Both the position numbers and the translations under genes were made by a program. 64,000 nt of DNA from a virus (lineage: Duplodnaviria > Caudoviricetes): IMG/VR virus record IMGVR_UViG_2877794441_000002, positions 2,912 through 66,911 of that record; one strand, 5' to 3'. The first letter of the stretch is position 1. The number at the start of each line of letters is the position of its first letter. Shown here piece by piece: positions 9,105-17,996 of the stretch. Under the pieces are notes generated by a model. The model was not told the DNA's origin and did no database searches. It saw only the letters and a list, made by a program, of their open reading frames with translations.

Positions 9105-9167
9105 AGCTTTGTCTAGCTTGAGATCAGTTTATCGGTCTCTGACCTGTCCGTAGTTGGGTGATGATTT

Positions 9168-9626
9168 TCATGCTGCGTTCTGCTGATTCCAGGCGCCGAC
9201 GGCGGCAAAGATCTTGGCAGCCTCTGCTTCGTCGAACGTTGTGTCGGTGGGGATGGCGATCCAGCCGGATGCCACCAGGTGGTTGGGGTTGGCCGTGGCC
9301 CGCAGGTCGGTGTAGGTCGCCTCGATCACGTCGGTCAGATGCTCGGCCCGGTAGTTGCCTTGCGGCGCAACCTCGATCGACTTGTTGTGCCGCTCGCCGA
9401 ACTCAGTCCGACAAAGCACGCTGAGATAGATGGTCCAGCGGTGCGGGATGTCGCAGACCGCGTCGACGACTTGCCGCACGCAGATCTGCTTGAGGTTCTT
9501 CCAGTTAATCAGCACCTGCTGTCCGCTTGGATCGATGTTGACTACGGCCGCATGGTTGGCAGATACCAAGGCCCTGCAGGTGCGCTCCAGCCTGGCGCGC
9601 ATGTTGTGCGGCTTGCGCTTGCTCAT
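9168..9626 (-). CDS. Phage hypothetical protein
   Basis: Translationally coupled to 9623..9892. Confidence 0.8.
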   Translation of the reverse strand: MSKRKPHNMRARLERTCRALVSANHAAVVNIDPSGQQVLINWKNLKQICVRQVVDAVCDIPHRWTIYLSVLCRTEFGERHNKSIEVAPQGNYRAEHLTDVIEATYTDLRATANPNHLVASGWIAIPTDTTFDEAEAAKIFAAVGAWNQQNAA

Positions 9627-9892
9627 TGCATGCCACCTTGCTTGCTCGCCGCCCCGGCCTCCATTGCATCCACAAACCGCATGGCCGTCCGGTAGCTGTA
9701 GGCGAAGCCCTGCTTGGCTCCGGTGGCGATCTCAACCACATCCCACGTACCGCCCTTGCCAGATGCCTGGTAGCGTGGTGCTCCCTGAGCGATACGGGCG
9801 TAAGCCTCGTTTCGTGCTTCTTGGCTACGTTGGAGCAGGGCTGCGAGGATCATCCGCTTGTCCTCGAAAGCCTTATGCACTGCTGTTTGCAT
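9623..9892 (-). CDS. Phage hypothetical protein
   Basis: GAGGA RBS, operon context. Confidence 0.75.
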   Translation of the reverse strand: MQTAVHKAFEDKRMILAALLQRSQEARNEAYARIAQGAPRYQASGKGGTWDVVEIATGAKQGFAYSYRTAMRFVDAMEAGAASKQGGMQ

Positions 9893-9910
9893 GAGCTGAT
9901 CCTCAGTTGG

Positions 9911-10294
9911 TCAGGCGTGATATTCGAAGGCCTCGGCCTTGCGAACGATTCGAACTTGGGCGGTGCGGCGCTCCGGCGCGCGGCGGTCGCGGCGCATGGG
10001 GTCGTTGTCGTTGATGGCGGCATGCATGCTGATGAGGCACGCAAGGAAGATGCATAGCGGGCTGATTATTTTCTTGTCCCAAGCTTTCATCACAGCGTCC
10101 AGGCGGCGCTTCGCTTTCAGCTTGAAAATTGCCCGCTCAATACCGTTGGCCACGGTCCCGGGTGAAACTTCCATCAGCCGAGCGATTTCTTTGGTTGTGA
10201 GGTCTTGCGCGACCCACAGCAGAGCCTCCAGCTCGCGAGGGGCCAAGAGCATGCCGAGGTGGCCAGTCCATTTGCCGCGCGTTATCGTTTCCAT
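9911..10294 (-). CDS. LuxR-type HTH regulator
   Basis: LAPRELEALLWVAQDLTTKEIARLMEVSPGTV. Confidence 0.85.
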   Translation of the reverse strand: METITRGKWTGHLGMLLAPRELEALLWVAQDLTTKEIARLMEVSPGTVANGIERAIFKLKAKRRLDAVMKAWDKKIISPLCIFLACLISMHAAINDNDPMRRDRRAPERRTAQVRIVRKAEAFEYHA

Positions 10295-10300
10295 AAGATG

Positions 10301-11152
10301 TTACCTCGGCTTGGCGCCGTCCAAGGCTTCGCGCAGCTGCAGGACGAGCGCGGCGGGAATCGTGAGGGAGCGGCTGTCCTCGTCGATCGAGTCCAGAGAT
10401 GCAATTAGATTGCGTGATGCGGTGTGCACTGCTTCAAGCCTGGGCCTCGGGATCGAGGGCCCTTTCATCGAGCCAGCAGTAACTCGCTTCTTGCCGTTTG
10501 CCTGGGCTTTCTCTAGTTCGGCTCCCAGTACCTTGCCAGCACCGTCTCCGTGTTCCCGAACGACTTGTGCAGCTGTCGTAGCTGAAACGTGGCCGGCAGC
10601 TACCAGGTTCTGAACATCAGTATTAGCGTTGCCTACAGTCAGCACCTGCTCAACGTGCTGCCGTGTCTTGCCAATCTTTGCTGCTATCTGCTCAACCGAC
10701 CAGCCAAACGCACGGAGGCGCTTGTAGCCTTCAGCCAACTCAAGCGGCGAGAGCTTTTCGTTTTCCTGGCTGGTGATGATGCGCGCTACCCGATCGGCAT
10801 CACTGCCTTCAAAGGCGATCACGGGCACCCAGGCTTCCAGCACTTGTGGCCTTTCTTTGTTGGGCGTCCGAGGAAGCCGGCCTTCGGCATCGAGCTTCAA
10901 CAGTGCCCGGCGCCGGCGGTGGCCGTCGACAAGCCAAACACCACCTTCCGCCCTCGGGCGAACTTCCAACGGAGGGATCTGGCCGCCCGCCGCGACGAAC
11001 TCTGCGAGAGAGTTGATGCTTGCCTCGAGCGCTTCGCCTTCGGTGCGGAGGTTGAAGCCAGGCTCTTCATGCAGGTCTTCGAGTTGAACCTTCATGGCGT
11101 CGGCGCGCCGCACCTCGCCATCCTTGATCATTTGCTTAAACGACTTCGCCAT
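10301..11152 (-). CDS. ParB/Spo0J-like protein
   Basis: FNLR, LVDGHRRRRA, ENEKLSPLE and an HTH. Confidence 0.88.
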   Translation of the reverse strand: MAKSFKQMIKDGEVRRADAMKVQLEDLHEEPGFNLRTEGEALEASINSLAEFVAAGGQIPPLEVRPRAEGGVWLVDGHRRRRALLKLDAEGRLPRTPNKERPQVLEAWVPVIAFEGSDADRVARIITSQENEKLSPLELAEGYKRLRAFGWSVEQIAAKIGKTRQHVEQVLTVGNANTDVQNLVAAGHVSATTAAQVVREHGDGAGKVLGAELEKAQANGKKRVTAGSMKGPSIPRPRLEAVHTASRNLIASLDSIDEDSRSLTIPAALVLQLREALDGAKPR

Positions 11153-11170
11153 TTGAGTTCATTTCCGTTG

Positions 11171-11246
11171 GGCTGCATTGGTCGTGACGCTGGCTGCCGT
11201 GTACCTCCCGGACCAGGGGAGGGCGAACGTCACGACCGATGCAGCC
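11171..11246 (-). other. Long RNA hairpin in the pL transcript
   Basis: GGCTGCATTGGTCGTGACG / CGTCACGACCGATGCAGCC 19-bp stem with one mismatch. Confidence 0.6.
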
Positions 11247-11282
11247 TGATAATGGGGAACCAGGTGGATCGGGCAGTTAACG

Positions 11283-11588
11283 TCAGGCTGACGTGACGCT
11301 GGTTGTCTCTTCCTGATCGTCGGCAGTGCATGCTTTGCCACAGAGCGGGCAGTAATTGGCGACCACCGAAATAGTCTTGTTCACGCGCTTCATGCCGCCG
11401 GCCTTCTTCGGCGCCATGTAGTAGCCAGTGACTTCTACGCAGAATCGGCGAGTTGTCTTTCCGGTCTCGATGTTGAGTGAAAGGTTGTGGCCCTCTGCGC
11501 GCATGTAGAAAGGCCCTGACCCTGGCGCCTCCTCAGCAAGCTGGTCCGTAACCAGCTTCACGGCATCGCTGATGCAGCTGCAGCTCAT
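11283..11588 (-). CDS. Cys-rich phage hypothetical protein
   Basis: MSCSC...YCPLCG; GGAGGG RBS. Confidence 0.75.
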   Translation of the reverse strand: MSCSCISDAVKLVTDQLAEEAPGSGPFYMRAEGHNLSLNIETGKTTRRFCVEVTGYYMAPKKAGGMKRVNKTISVVANYCPLCGKACTADDQEETTSVTSA

Positions 11589-11844
11589 CGTCTTACCCTC
11601 CAGGACGGTTGATTTCCCGTCTGGCCCTGTCGCCAAGGCCAGCCAGTAGAATCTGCCGGGACCCGCTACTGGCGTCGGCCTTCGGCAATCTTCGAATTGG
11701 TGACTCCAGCCGCGGTGCCCACCCGCTGGAAAACTGAAACGGCGCTTTACGCTGCACGCCCGGGGCAGTTGCCACCCCTCTGGACCGTTGAGGCCTGTCC
11801 ATCGCTGCCTTTGCTGCCGCCGGTGTCGATCCGGCGATGTAGCA

Positions 11845-11886
11845 AAGTTAACCGGCGGTAAATTTCACGTCAATACCGGCGGTTAA
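11845..11886 (-). promoter_or_regulatory. pL promoter with two repressor operators
   Basis: TTGACG-17-TAACTT on the minus strand; operators TTAACCGGCGGTAAA and AATACCGGCGGTTAA match those at OR. Confidence 0.85.
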
Positions 11887-11923
11887 TTATTTTTTCAAGA
11901 GCTCGCGTTAAGATCGTCCAGGG

Positions 11924-11939
11924 CTGTACGCATATACAG
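11924..11939. promoter_or_regulatory. LexA (E. coli-type) SOS box
   Basis: CTGTACGCATATACAG = CTGT-N8-ACAG directly upstream of 11949. Confidence 0.85.
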
Positions 11940-11948
11940 TATCGGAGG

Positions 11949-12284
11949 TTGGAAATGGAAGCGGAACAAGGATTCGCGACGTCAGCGCCTCGCGAGGAAC
12001 TGACAGGCTTGGAGAAACTGGGGTTGCGGGTTTCTGCGATGATCAATTCACCGCTGGCCCAGTTCGGCAGGAAGGTTCTAGTCCATCAACTGGACACGGA
12101 TAGCGATCAGGATTGGGATGCGCTCATGGAGCTGCTATCAGAGACTGACGGCCTGGATATGACGTGTTGTGACGACGGATCAGTGATCCTTCAATGGGAT
12201 GCGCCGACAGATGATGATCGGGTGATTGAGAGGGAAGTGGAGCTGGAATTGGTGTGCCACGAAAAGGAGCTGTCGCCTTTCTGA
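11949..12284 (+). CDS. DUF1654-like SOS-regulated protein
   Basis: LEKLGLRVSAMINSP.AQ...DWDALMELLSETDG...DDGSVILQW. Confidence 0.75.
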   Translation: MEMEAEQGFATSAPREELTGLEKLGLRVSAMINSPLAQFGRKVLVHQLDTDSDQDWDALMELLSETDGLDMTCCDDGSVILQWDAPTDDDRVIEREVELELVCHEKELSPF

Positions 12285-12293
12285 GTCTTGAAA

Positions 12294-12323
12294 GAGGCCC
12301 GCTTGCGCGGGCTCCTTTTTATT
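12294..12323. terminator. Bidirectional terminator
   Basis: GCCCGC-TTGC-GCGGGC stem with T tract between convergent genes. Confidence 0.75.
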
Positions 12324-14536
12324 TAACTTACATGGATATCTTGATTGACTACAGCACTTTCAATATCCGACTTCATTGCGCTTACTGCAGAGTCGTAAAT
12401 AGATTCAGATCCGTCAGGAGCCCGAAGCGTTAAAACGAAGGCAACTTCCTGAGGTGGGAGCTCGGAGTGATGAGACATGTCAAACTGGTATAGGTCACGC
12501 GTGAATATTCGGGCACACAGCTTCATACTGGTGCCAGTCACTCCAGTGCCGCTATTATGGGACTTGTAGTGATTTCGTACCGGACTCCACTTAGAGAGCT
12601 CAGCTCTTGCAATCGCTTCTTTCTCCTTATCCTCTTTCATGTTGCCGGCTAAATTGATAGTTGATCCACTTTTGGAGGTGGCTTGTAAAGCAACTTGCAG
12701 CCGGGAGGAGAAATAGTTTTCGCCAACAGATTCGGAGATCAGGGGTTTCAGTACGGCAGTAAGCGCGACGGTACCAATAAATTTGCCGTTGTCGATCATC
12801 TCTGGCGGAATAGGAATGTCGTTCCAGTAATAGTAAAAGCCAGGTTGTAGCTTAGATGTCCAAGCGAGCGTAACGCTTCCTTGCGGGCAGTGCCATGGTA
12901 GCTGATCGTCTTGCCATGGGGTGCCCCAGCCTAACTCGTTATTGTGGGCGAATATTTCGCCTCTATTAATAAGGAGGGCCTTAACAAGGTCTGGTGAAGG
13001 ATTCTTAATATTTGCGAATGTATGAGCTGCAAGGGACGATACCAGAGGCGTGCTGAAACTTGTGCCTCTTTCCGTCTTTCCTCCTAATACGCGCAATTCA
13101 GAATACCACGCGAGGTCAGGCTTTTTCATCCCTGCGGGAGCAGGACCCTTTAGACTCAAGCTGCATTTTTTGCCTGGCTTTTGGCTGATGAGATTGAAGA
13201 CTCGCCCGCTGATGGTTAAGGATGATTCACAGTCGGCCGGTGGGCACAACGTACCTGTATGGGGGTTATGATAATTGTTACCTGCTGAGATAACGGGGAG
13301 TATCCCGTACTTGCGAGCAATCTTGTTGATGCGGTGCCCAAGTCGACTTACTTCGTCTTTTGTCGAGAGTGATGCCACTGTATTGAACGATAGGTTCCAG
13401 ACTTTTGCATGCTCAGAAGTTAACTTTGCGACTTCTTCTAGGTAGCGTATGAGTTGATCATGGTTAGGGGTCTTCGGAGCACTATCCTTACATATTACTT
13501 GAGCGGAAATGTATGTGCAATCTAACAAGGGAAGGCGACGATTATTGTTCCAGGCATGGGCGTGGCAAACGAGAGAGGCAACTTTGTTACCGTGGATGAC
13601 GTTGGCATCTGTAACAGGGACCAAGGGGTTGAGGTTCATTTTCTCAAGATGGAGATAGCTTGAGGCATTAACACCTCCATCAATTATCACTACCGTAGGT
13701 GAATCAATTGGAACGAGTCGGGGGGAAGGCTCTTTGCCGGTTCCGGGGTTATGGCTCACGCTAATGCTCGGTGCTGCTTCGATTCGATAGATCGCACCCG
13801 AGGATACTAAGCGCTCTAGGTCGTCTTTGGTGGAAATGTACAGGGAGAAGTCAGCATGACCGTCGACCAAATAATTTTCAATAACGTCGCCCAAAGCGTC
13901 GTGATGCACGATGCTTGGGTCTGGTGATGAATCAAATTCAGGGTATCCAAAAGCGAAAGGGCCTTCTTTAAGCAGTCCCTTTATTTTTTTGATTAATCCC
14001 TTGCGTGCTGCATTGTTCTTGAATGGCTTTAGCCAGATATTGATTGGCTTTGGCTCGCCGTCATTTGGGAGCGACGCCCACAGTTCCTCAATGTTTGAAC
14101 CTCTGAGGGTTTCACTTTCATCAAATATATCAATGCTTGCGATTCTGGAGATGTCTACTTGATCATTAATATTGGTGGAATTTTTGATCTGATTGTATAG
14201 GGTAGGCAAGCTGGCACGAGATATCTCAATTAAAAAACCCTGATAAGCAGGAGAGATAATTCTAGATTCGGTTTTGGAGTCAAATAGATCAGATGGTGTC
14301 CAGGACGGAGATAGAGCATCATCATCCATTTTTGCGAGGAGGTGAGTTACACCGCCAAAAGTGTACTTTTCAAGATCGCTCTCATTAATTTTTTTTACTT
14401 TTTTTGATAGCGATACTCTCTTTTGTTCTAAGCTTTCTTTGATGCCTTTTGCGCTTTTGCCACCGCCCTGGACGCTTTTGGGTGTAGGGGCTTTCAAAAG
14501 TGTTATCACCGGATTGGTAATCGGACGGTTGGCCAT
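12323..14536 (-). CDS. S8 subtilisin-like serine protease (IetS-like)
   Basis: Catalytic D (IIDGGV), H (HGNKVAS), N (SAGNN), S (GTSFSTP); low GC. Confidence 0.9.
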   Translation of the reverse strand: MANRPITNPVITLLKAPTPKSVQGGGKSAKGIKESLEQKRVSLSKKVKKINESDLEKYTFGGVTHLLAKMDDDALSPSWTPSDLFDSKTESRIISPAYQGFLIEISRASLPTLYNQIKNSTNINDQVDISRIASIDIFDESETLRGSNIEELWASLPNDGEPKPINIWLKPFKNNAARKGLIKKIKGLLKEGPFAFGYPEFDSSPDPSIVHHDALGDVIENYLVDGHADFSLYISTKDDLERLVSSGAIYRIEAAPSISVSHNPGTGKEPSPRLVPIDSPTVVIIDGGVNASSYLHLEKMNLNPLVPVTDANVIHGNKVASLVCHAHAWNNNRRLPLLDCTYISAQVICKDSAPKTPNHDQLIRYLEEVAKLTSEHAKVWNLSFNTVASLSTKDEVSRLGHRINKIARKYGILPVISAGNNYHNPHTGTLCPPADCESSLTISGRVFNLISQKPGKKCSLSLKGPAPAGMKKPDLAWYSELRVLGGKTERGTSFSTPLVSSLAAHTFANIKNPSPDLVKALLINRGEIFAHNNELGWGTPWQDDQLPWHCPQGSVTLAWTSKLQPGFYYYWNDIPIPPEMIDNGKFIGTVALTAVLKPLISESVGENYFSSRLQVALQATSKSGSTINLAGNMKEDKEKEAIARAELSKWSPVRNHYKSHNSGTGVTGTSMKLCARIFTRDLYQFDMSHHSELPPQEVAFVLTLRAPDGSESIYDSAVSAMKSDIESAVVNQDIHVS

Positions 14537-14540
14537 GTTG

Positions 14541-15632
14541 CTAATCCTTTAGGTATGTTGAGAGTGTTTGGCGGCTGATTTTTATAAGTGAGAGTATCTC
14601 GACTTGCGCGAGATTGAACACCTTGCTAAGAGTTTGGCATATTGCTTTTTTGTCGATTCGTTCAATGGATTTCTTAGCTAAAAGTATGTCAACGGCGATC
14701 TGGCTGGTGTCAAGAGGGCATTCGTTTATAATTGATAGGCGGCGTGCAGCCAAGGAAATAGATTCGATATCTGCTCCGCTCAGGTCATCGGAAATCTTTG
14801 AAAGCGCGGAAAGCGTGTTGGGTTCTCCGTCATCATTAAATAAAAAGTGGTTCCAAAGGTGAGTTCGCAAATCTTCCTTCGGATTAGCGAAATTCATTCT
14901 ATAGGGAAAGCGGCGCCAGATTGCCCGGTCCAGCAACTCCGCATGGTTTGTCGCTGCTATCACAATAGCTCGGTCATCAAGTGAATCAATAGCCTGAATA
15001 AGAGTGTTTACGACTCGCTTAAGTTCTCCCAGTTCGTTTGTGTCATTGCGAAGCTTTGCAATTGCATCAAACTCGTCGAGGAATATGATGCCGTTTTTTT
15101 GAGGAATGAAATCAAAAACGCTTCGAATATTTTTTGCTGTGTCTCCTAACAAAGAAGAGATGAGCGAATCTAATCGAACAACGTATAAGGGCATTGAAAG
15201 TGCCGCTGCTATGTGGCCTGCGACCAGCGTTTTTCCTGTGCCTGGTGGGCCGGACATCAGCAGGTTCATTTTACCTGATAGACCGTGTTCACTTAATAGG
15301 TCATATTTTCTAATAGACGATATAAAAGCGTCGAAAGTTTTCTTCAGGCTTTCATCTAGAAATATGGGGGAGGAAGGCCAGGATTGCTCTTCTACCAATA
15401 CACTCCTAGATTTGGGGTCTACAGGCAAAGATTCAGAGTATCCAGACGCTCTCAAAGGGACGCCGTTTCTTCTAGTAGCAAGCTTAATGCGCTTACTCAC
15501 GTCCGGTGCGGATCCCAAGCAATGTTTAGCAAGGGCGTTAGCAGTCTTCCTAACGCTAGTGTAATCAGCGTTGAACGAGGCTTCGATGAGGACTAGGAGC
15601 TCGCTTGCAGGTATGGTGATATTTTCAGTCAT
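14541..15632 (-). CDS. AAA+ ATPase (IetA-like) with C-terminal HTH
   Basis: GPPGTGKT Walker A, IIFLDEFD Walker B, AATNH...LDRAIWRRF; likely start MTENI at 15632. Confidence 0.92.
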   Translation of the reverse strand: MTENITIPASELLVLIEASFNADYTSVRKTANALAKHCLGSAPDVSKRIKLATRRNGVPLRASGYSESLPVDPKSRSVLVEEQSWPSSPIFLDESLKKTFDAFISSIRKYDLLSEHGLSGKMNLLMSGPPGTGKTLVAGHIAAALSMPLYVVRLDSLISSLLGDTAKNIRSVFDFIPQKNGIIFLDEFDAIAKLRNDTNELGELKRVVNTLIQAIDSLDDRAIVIAATNHAELLDRAIWRRFPYRMNFANPKEDLRTHLWNHFLFNDDGEPNTLSALSKISDDLSGADIESISLAARRLSIINECPLDTSQIAVDILLAKKSIERIDKKAICQTLSKVFNLAQVEILSLIKISRQTLSTYLKD

Positions 15633-15751
15633 ATTCGTAGGGCACCACAAAAATGATTGAAATGTCCATTTTTTATGGCTTTTGGTCAAGCTTTTCACGA
15701 CGAATGTAAGGATTTTTCGTTCGTGCGATGTCGTAGAGGCGGCTGGTATCC

Positions 15752-16639
15752 TCAGATCTTGCGGGCATTCCACACCATGAGCACTTTCGCATGAATCAAA
15801 ATGTCCTCGATCCGAGCGGACTGCTTCTCATAATTACGATTGTCCGAAATTAGCCATACGCGATCTTCATCTTGGCGCTGCACACGCTTGATCAGCAGAT
15901 CACCGTGCCATGTGAGCACGTATACCCCCTCGCCCTGATAGTCGTTCACACCACGGTCAACGATCACGGGGTCTCTATCGTTGATCGTACCCTCCATGCT
16001 CTGCCCCCACCCCGTGATCATCGATAGCGCCTGAGCTGAGGTGTAGGTAACGCCTTTCTCGCGTAGCACCTCTTCACGGATGACCACATTCCTGATGACT
16101 TCGCTATATTCAGCCGGTACCTGGCCGTGGCCCATCGCGGCGCGGATGTCGTACTGGGGTATTGAGATGTCGCCATGACCTGGTGCGACCATCATAGCAG
16201 CCTGGCTGGCCGCCGCTGATGGAGTCGAGGTTTCGGACAGGCTGTCGGCAACGGCTCTCGCAATCTTGTCCTGTGCTATTGCGTCAAGCGACTTGCCGCC
16301 ATGTTTGCGCAGCATCTCCAAGACCTTTTCCGCCGCAGTGCTGCCGGAGCTGCCTCCGCCCTTCACCTGAGCGCCTTGCATCTGTGCAAGCTCAGCGGCC
16401 AATCGCGGGCTGAACCGGTCGACCGGCTCCTGCAAAAGCCTCGACAGCACCACTGCGAACTTCGCATTCAGAGGGTTGGTGCCGTTTAGGTACATGGCCA
16501 CTCCGGCCGGGGAGATATCCGCAGCCTCGGCGACCTTTGCCTGCGTCAGGCCAAGCGCATTTTTCTTCTGAGTGAACAGCTTTTTGGCTGCGTCGCACTC
16601 GGCCTTCAGTTCGGGGGAGAGATCTTTCTTTTTCGTCAT
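15752..16639 (-). CDS. cI: CI-like repressor (HTH + S24 peptidase)
   Basis: LGLTQAKVAEAADIS HTH; GQSMEGTI and LLIKRV autocleavage motifs. Confidence 0.93.
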   Translation of the reverse strand: MTKKKDLSPELKAECDAAKKLFTQKKNALGLTQAKVAEAADISPAGVAMYLNGTNPLNAKFAVVLSRLLQEPVDRFSPRLAAELAQMQGAQVKGGGSSGSTAAEKVLEMLRKHGGKSLDAIAQDKIARAVADSLSETSTPSAAASQAAMMVAPGHGDISIPQYDIRAAMGHGQVPAEYSEVIRNVVIREEVLREKGVTYTSAQALSMITGWGQSMEGTINDRDPVIVDRGVNDYQGEGVYVLTWHGDLLIKRVQRQDEDRVWLISDNRNYEKQSARIEDILIHAKVLMVWNARKI

Positions 16640-16648
16640 GCGCGGAAT

Positions 16649-16715
16649 TTAACCGGAGGTTAATTTAACTGCCTCAACCGCCGGTGTTGAAGAAATGATA
16701 ACCGGCGGTTAACAT
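16649..16715. promoter_or_regulatory. OR with three operators and pR
   Basis: TTAACCGGAGGTTAA, TCAACCGCCGGTGTT, ATAACCGGCGGTTAA; TTGAAG-17-TAACAT. Confidence 0.85.
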
Positions 16716-16743
16716 CATACGCATTCACCACTGAGGCAATGCC

Positions 16744-16950
16744 ATGAACCGAACACTGCTGCCTGAGCTTGTTGAGCGAATCGGCCAGACCGCCGTCGCC
16801 AAGGGGCTCGATGTGAGCGCCCCTGCTATCACCAAGGCGATGAAGGCTGGGCGGGTGATTTTTGTAATCGAGAACGAGGACGGAACGATGAGCGGGGAGG
16901 AGCTTCGTCCATTTCCGAGCCGTCCGTCTCCGATGCGGGCTGATGCCTGA
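16744..16950 (+). CDS. cro: Cro repressor
   Basis: GQTAVAKGLDVSAPAITKAMKAGR...EELRPFPS, close to lambda Cro. Confidence 0.92.
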   Translation: MNRTLLPELVERIGQTAVAKGLDVSAPAITKAMKAGRVIFVIENEDGTMSGEELRPFPSRPSPMRADA

Positions 16951-17001
16951 TGGGAAGGATTGTGAGTGACCTGGCCATGCGCCAGTAGATGACCGAAACA
17001 C

Positions 17002-17017
17002 CTGCGAATCCATCCAG
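17002..17017. promoter_or_regulatory. Possible LexA box
   Basis: CTGCGAATCCATCCAG (CTG-N10-CAG), imperfect. Confidence 0.4.
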
Positions 17018-17034
17018 TAGTCGAATCGCAGGCG

Positions 17035-17061
17035 AAAAAAAAACCGCCTGGCAGGGCGGCT
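17035..17061 (-). terminator. Minus-strand intrinsic terminator (oop-like position)
   Basis: GCCGCCCTGCCAGGCGG followed by 9 T on the minus strand. Confidence 0.65.
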
Positions 17062-17088
17062 TCTCCACAACAAACATCGAGATCGACT

Positions 17089-17277
17089 ATGCACTCTGCA
17101 ATGGATGCAAGCAACACCGCGCCCGTAGCCATTTTTCATTTGAAGTCTTTCCACAAATCCGCCGCCCTCAAGGCATCGCGGATGTGCCGACTCCAGTACG
17201 CGCCTGCTTCCAATCATGCATTTCGCGCCGAGTGCGTGGAGCACCTGCGTGCGTCCCTGTGCGAGCCCCATTCATGA
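17089..17277 (+). CDS. Small hypothetical protein
   Basis: Stop overlaps the ATG of the replication gene (ATGA). Confidence 0.5.
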   Translation: MHSAMDASNTAPVAIFHLKSFHKSAALKASRMCRLQYAPASNHAFRAECVEHLRASLCEPHS

Positions 17278-17996
17278 GCACGATCATCATGACGGCCTGT
17301 TGGCCACTCCAGGGCATGAGTCCGGCGCAGAAGTCCGTGCTGATATCCCTTGCCGACAACTCAAATGACGACGGCGTCTGCTGGCCTTCGGTGGCTCGTA
17401 TCGTAGAGCGCACCTGCCTGTCCGAGCGTGCCGTACGCAACGCTTTGCGCTGGCTGGAGCAGTCTGGAGTGCTGTCTGCTCACCATCGAACAGGCCGTTC
17501 CACCTGGTACACCGTGAGCCCATCCGGCTACAACCCCGGCACCACATGCCCCCCTGCAGCAGATGCCGGAGCACCCCGGCAGGAAATGCCCCCCACCCCG
17601 GCACTAGATGCCCCTCACCCCGGCACCACGTGCCCCCAGAACCGTAAAGGAACCATCAAGGAACCGTCAGGAGATACCGCGAGCATGCGCGAGGCGTTGA
17701 ATGCGGTACCAGTCGATCAAATCGTAGGCCTGTTCAACGAACTGCTGCCAACTCTGCCGAGCGTAGTTCTGATCAACAAAGACCGCTCAGCAAAGATTAA
17801 GGCGCGCTGGGCGGAGAGCCCTGTCCACCAGGACCTTGAGTTCTGGCGTGATTTTTTCACCATCGTTGCCGGCAGTGATTTCCTGATGGGCAAGATCGAC
17901 GGCAGGAATGGTGCCAAACCCTTCCGGGCCACATTCGACTGGCTGATTGCCCCTTCGAACTTCGTGAAGGTGGTCGAGGGCAATTACCATGCGTGA
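17274..17996 (+). CDS. Replication initiator (O-like, N-terminal HTH)
   Basis: SLADNSNDDGVCWPSVARIVERTCLSERAV; internal iterons. Confidence 0.88.
   Translation: MSTIIMTACWPLQGMSPAQKSVLISLADNSNDDGVCWPSVARIVERTCLSERAVRNALRWLEQSGVLSAHHRTGRSTWYTVSPSGYNPGTTCPPAADAGAPRQEMPPTPALDAPHPGTTCPQNRKGTIKEPSGDTASMREALNAVPVDQIVGLFNELLPTLPSVVLINKDRSAKIKARWAESPVHQDLEFWRDFFTIVAGSDFLMGKIDGRNGAKPFRATFDWLIAPSNFVKVVEGNYHA
17533..17638. repeat. Replication origin iterons
   Basis: Four to five copies of CCCCGGCA-N5-TGCCCC inside the initiator gene. Confidence 0.8.

Noticed and set aside
16989-17273. N-terminal extension of the replication protein (likewise 15633-15773 for the ATPase)
   Set aside because: The extensions run through terminator or promoter DNA; downstream starts fit family N-termini and gene coupling
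17533-17638. CRISPR-like repeats
   Set aside because: Short iterons without spacers inside the replication gene; no cas genes in the window
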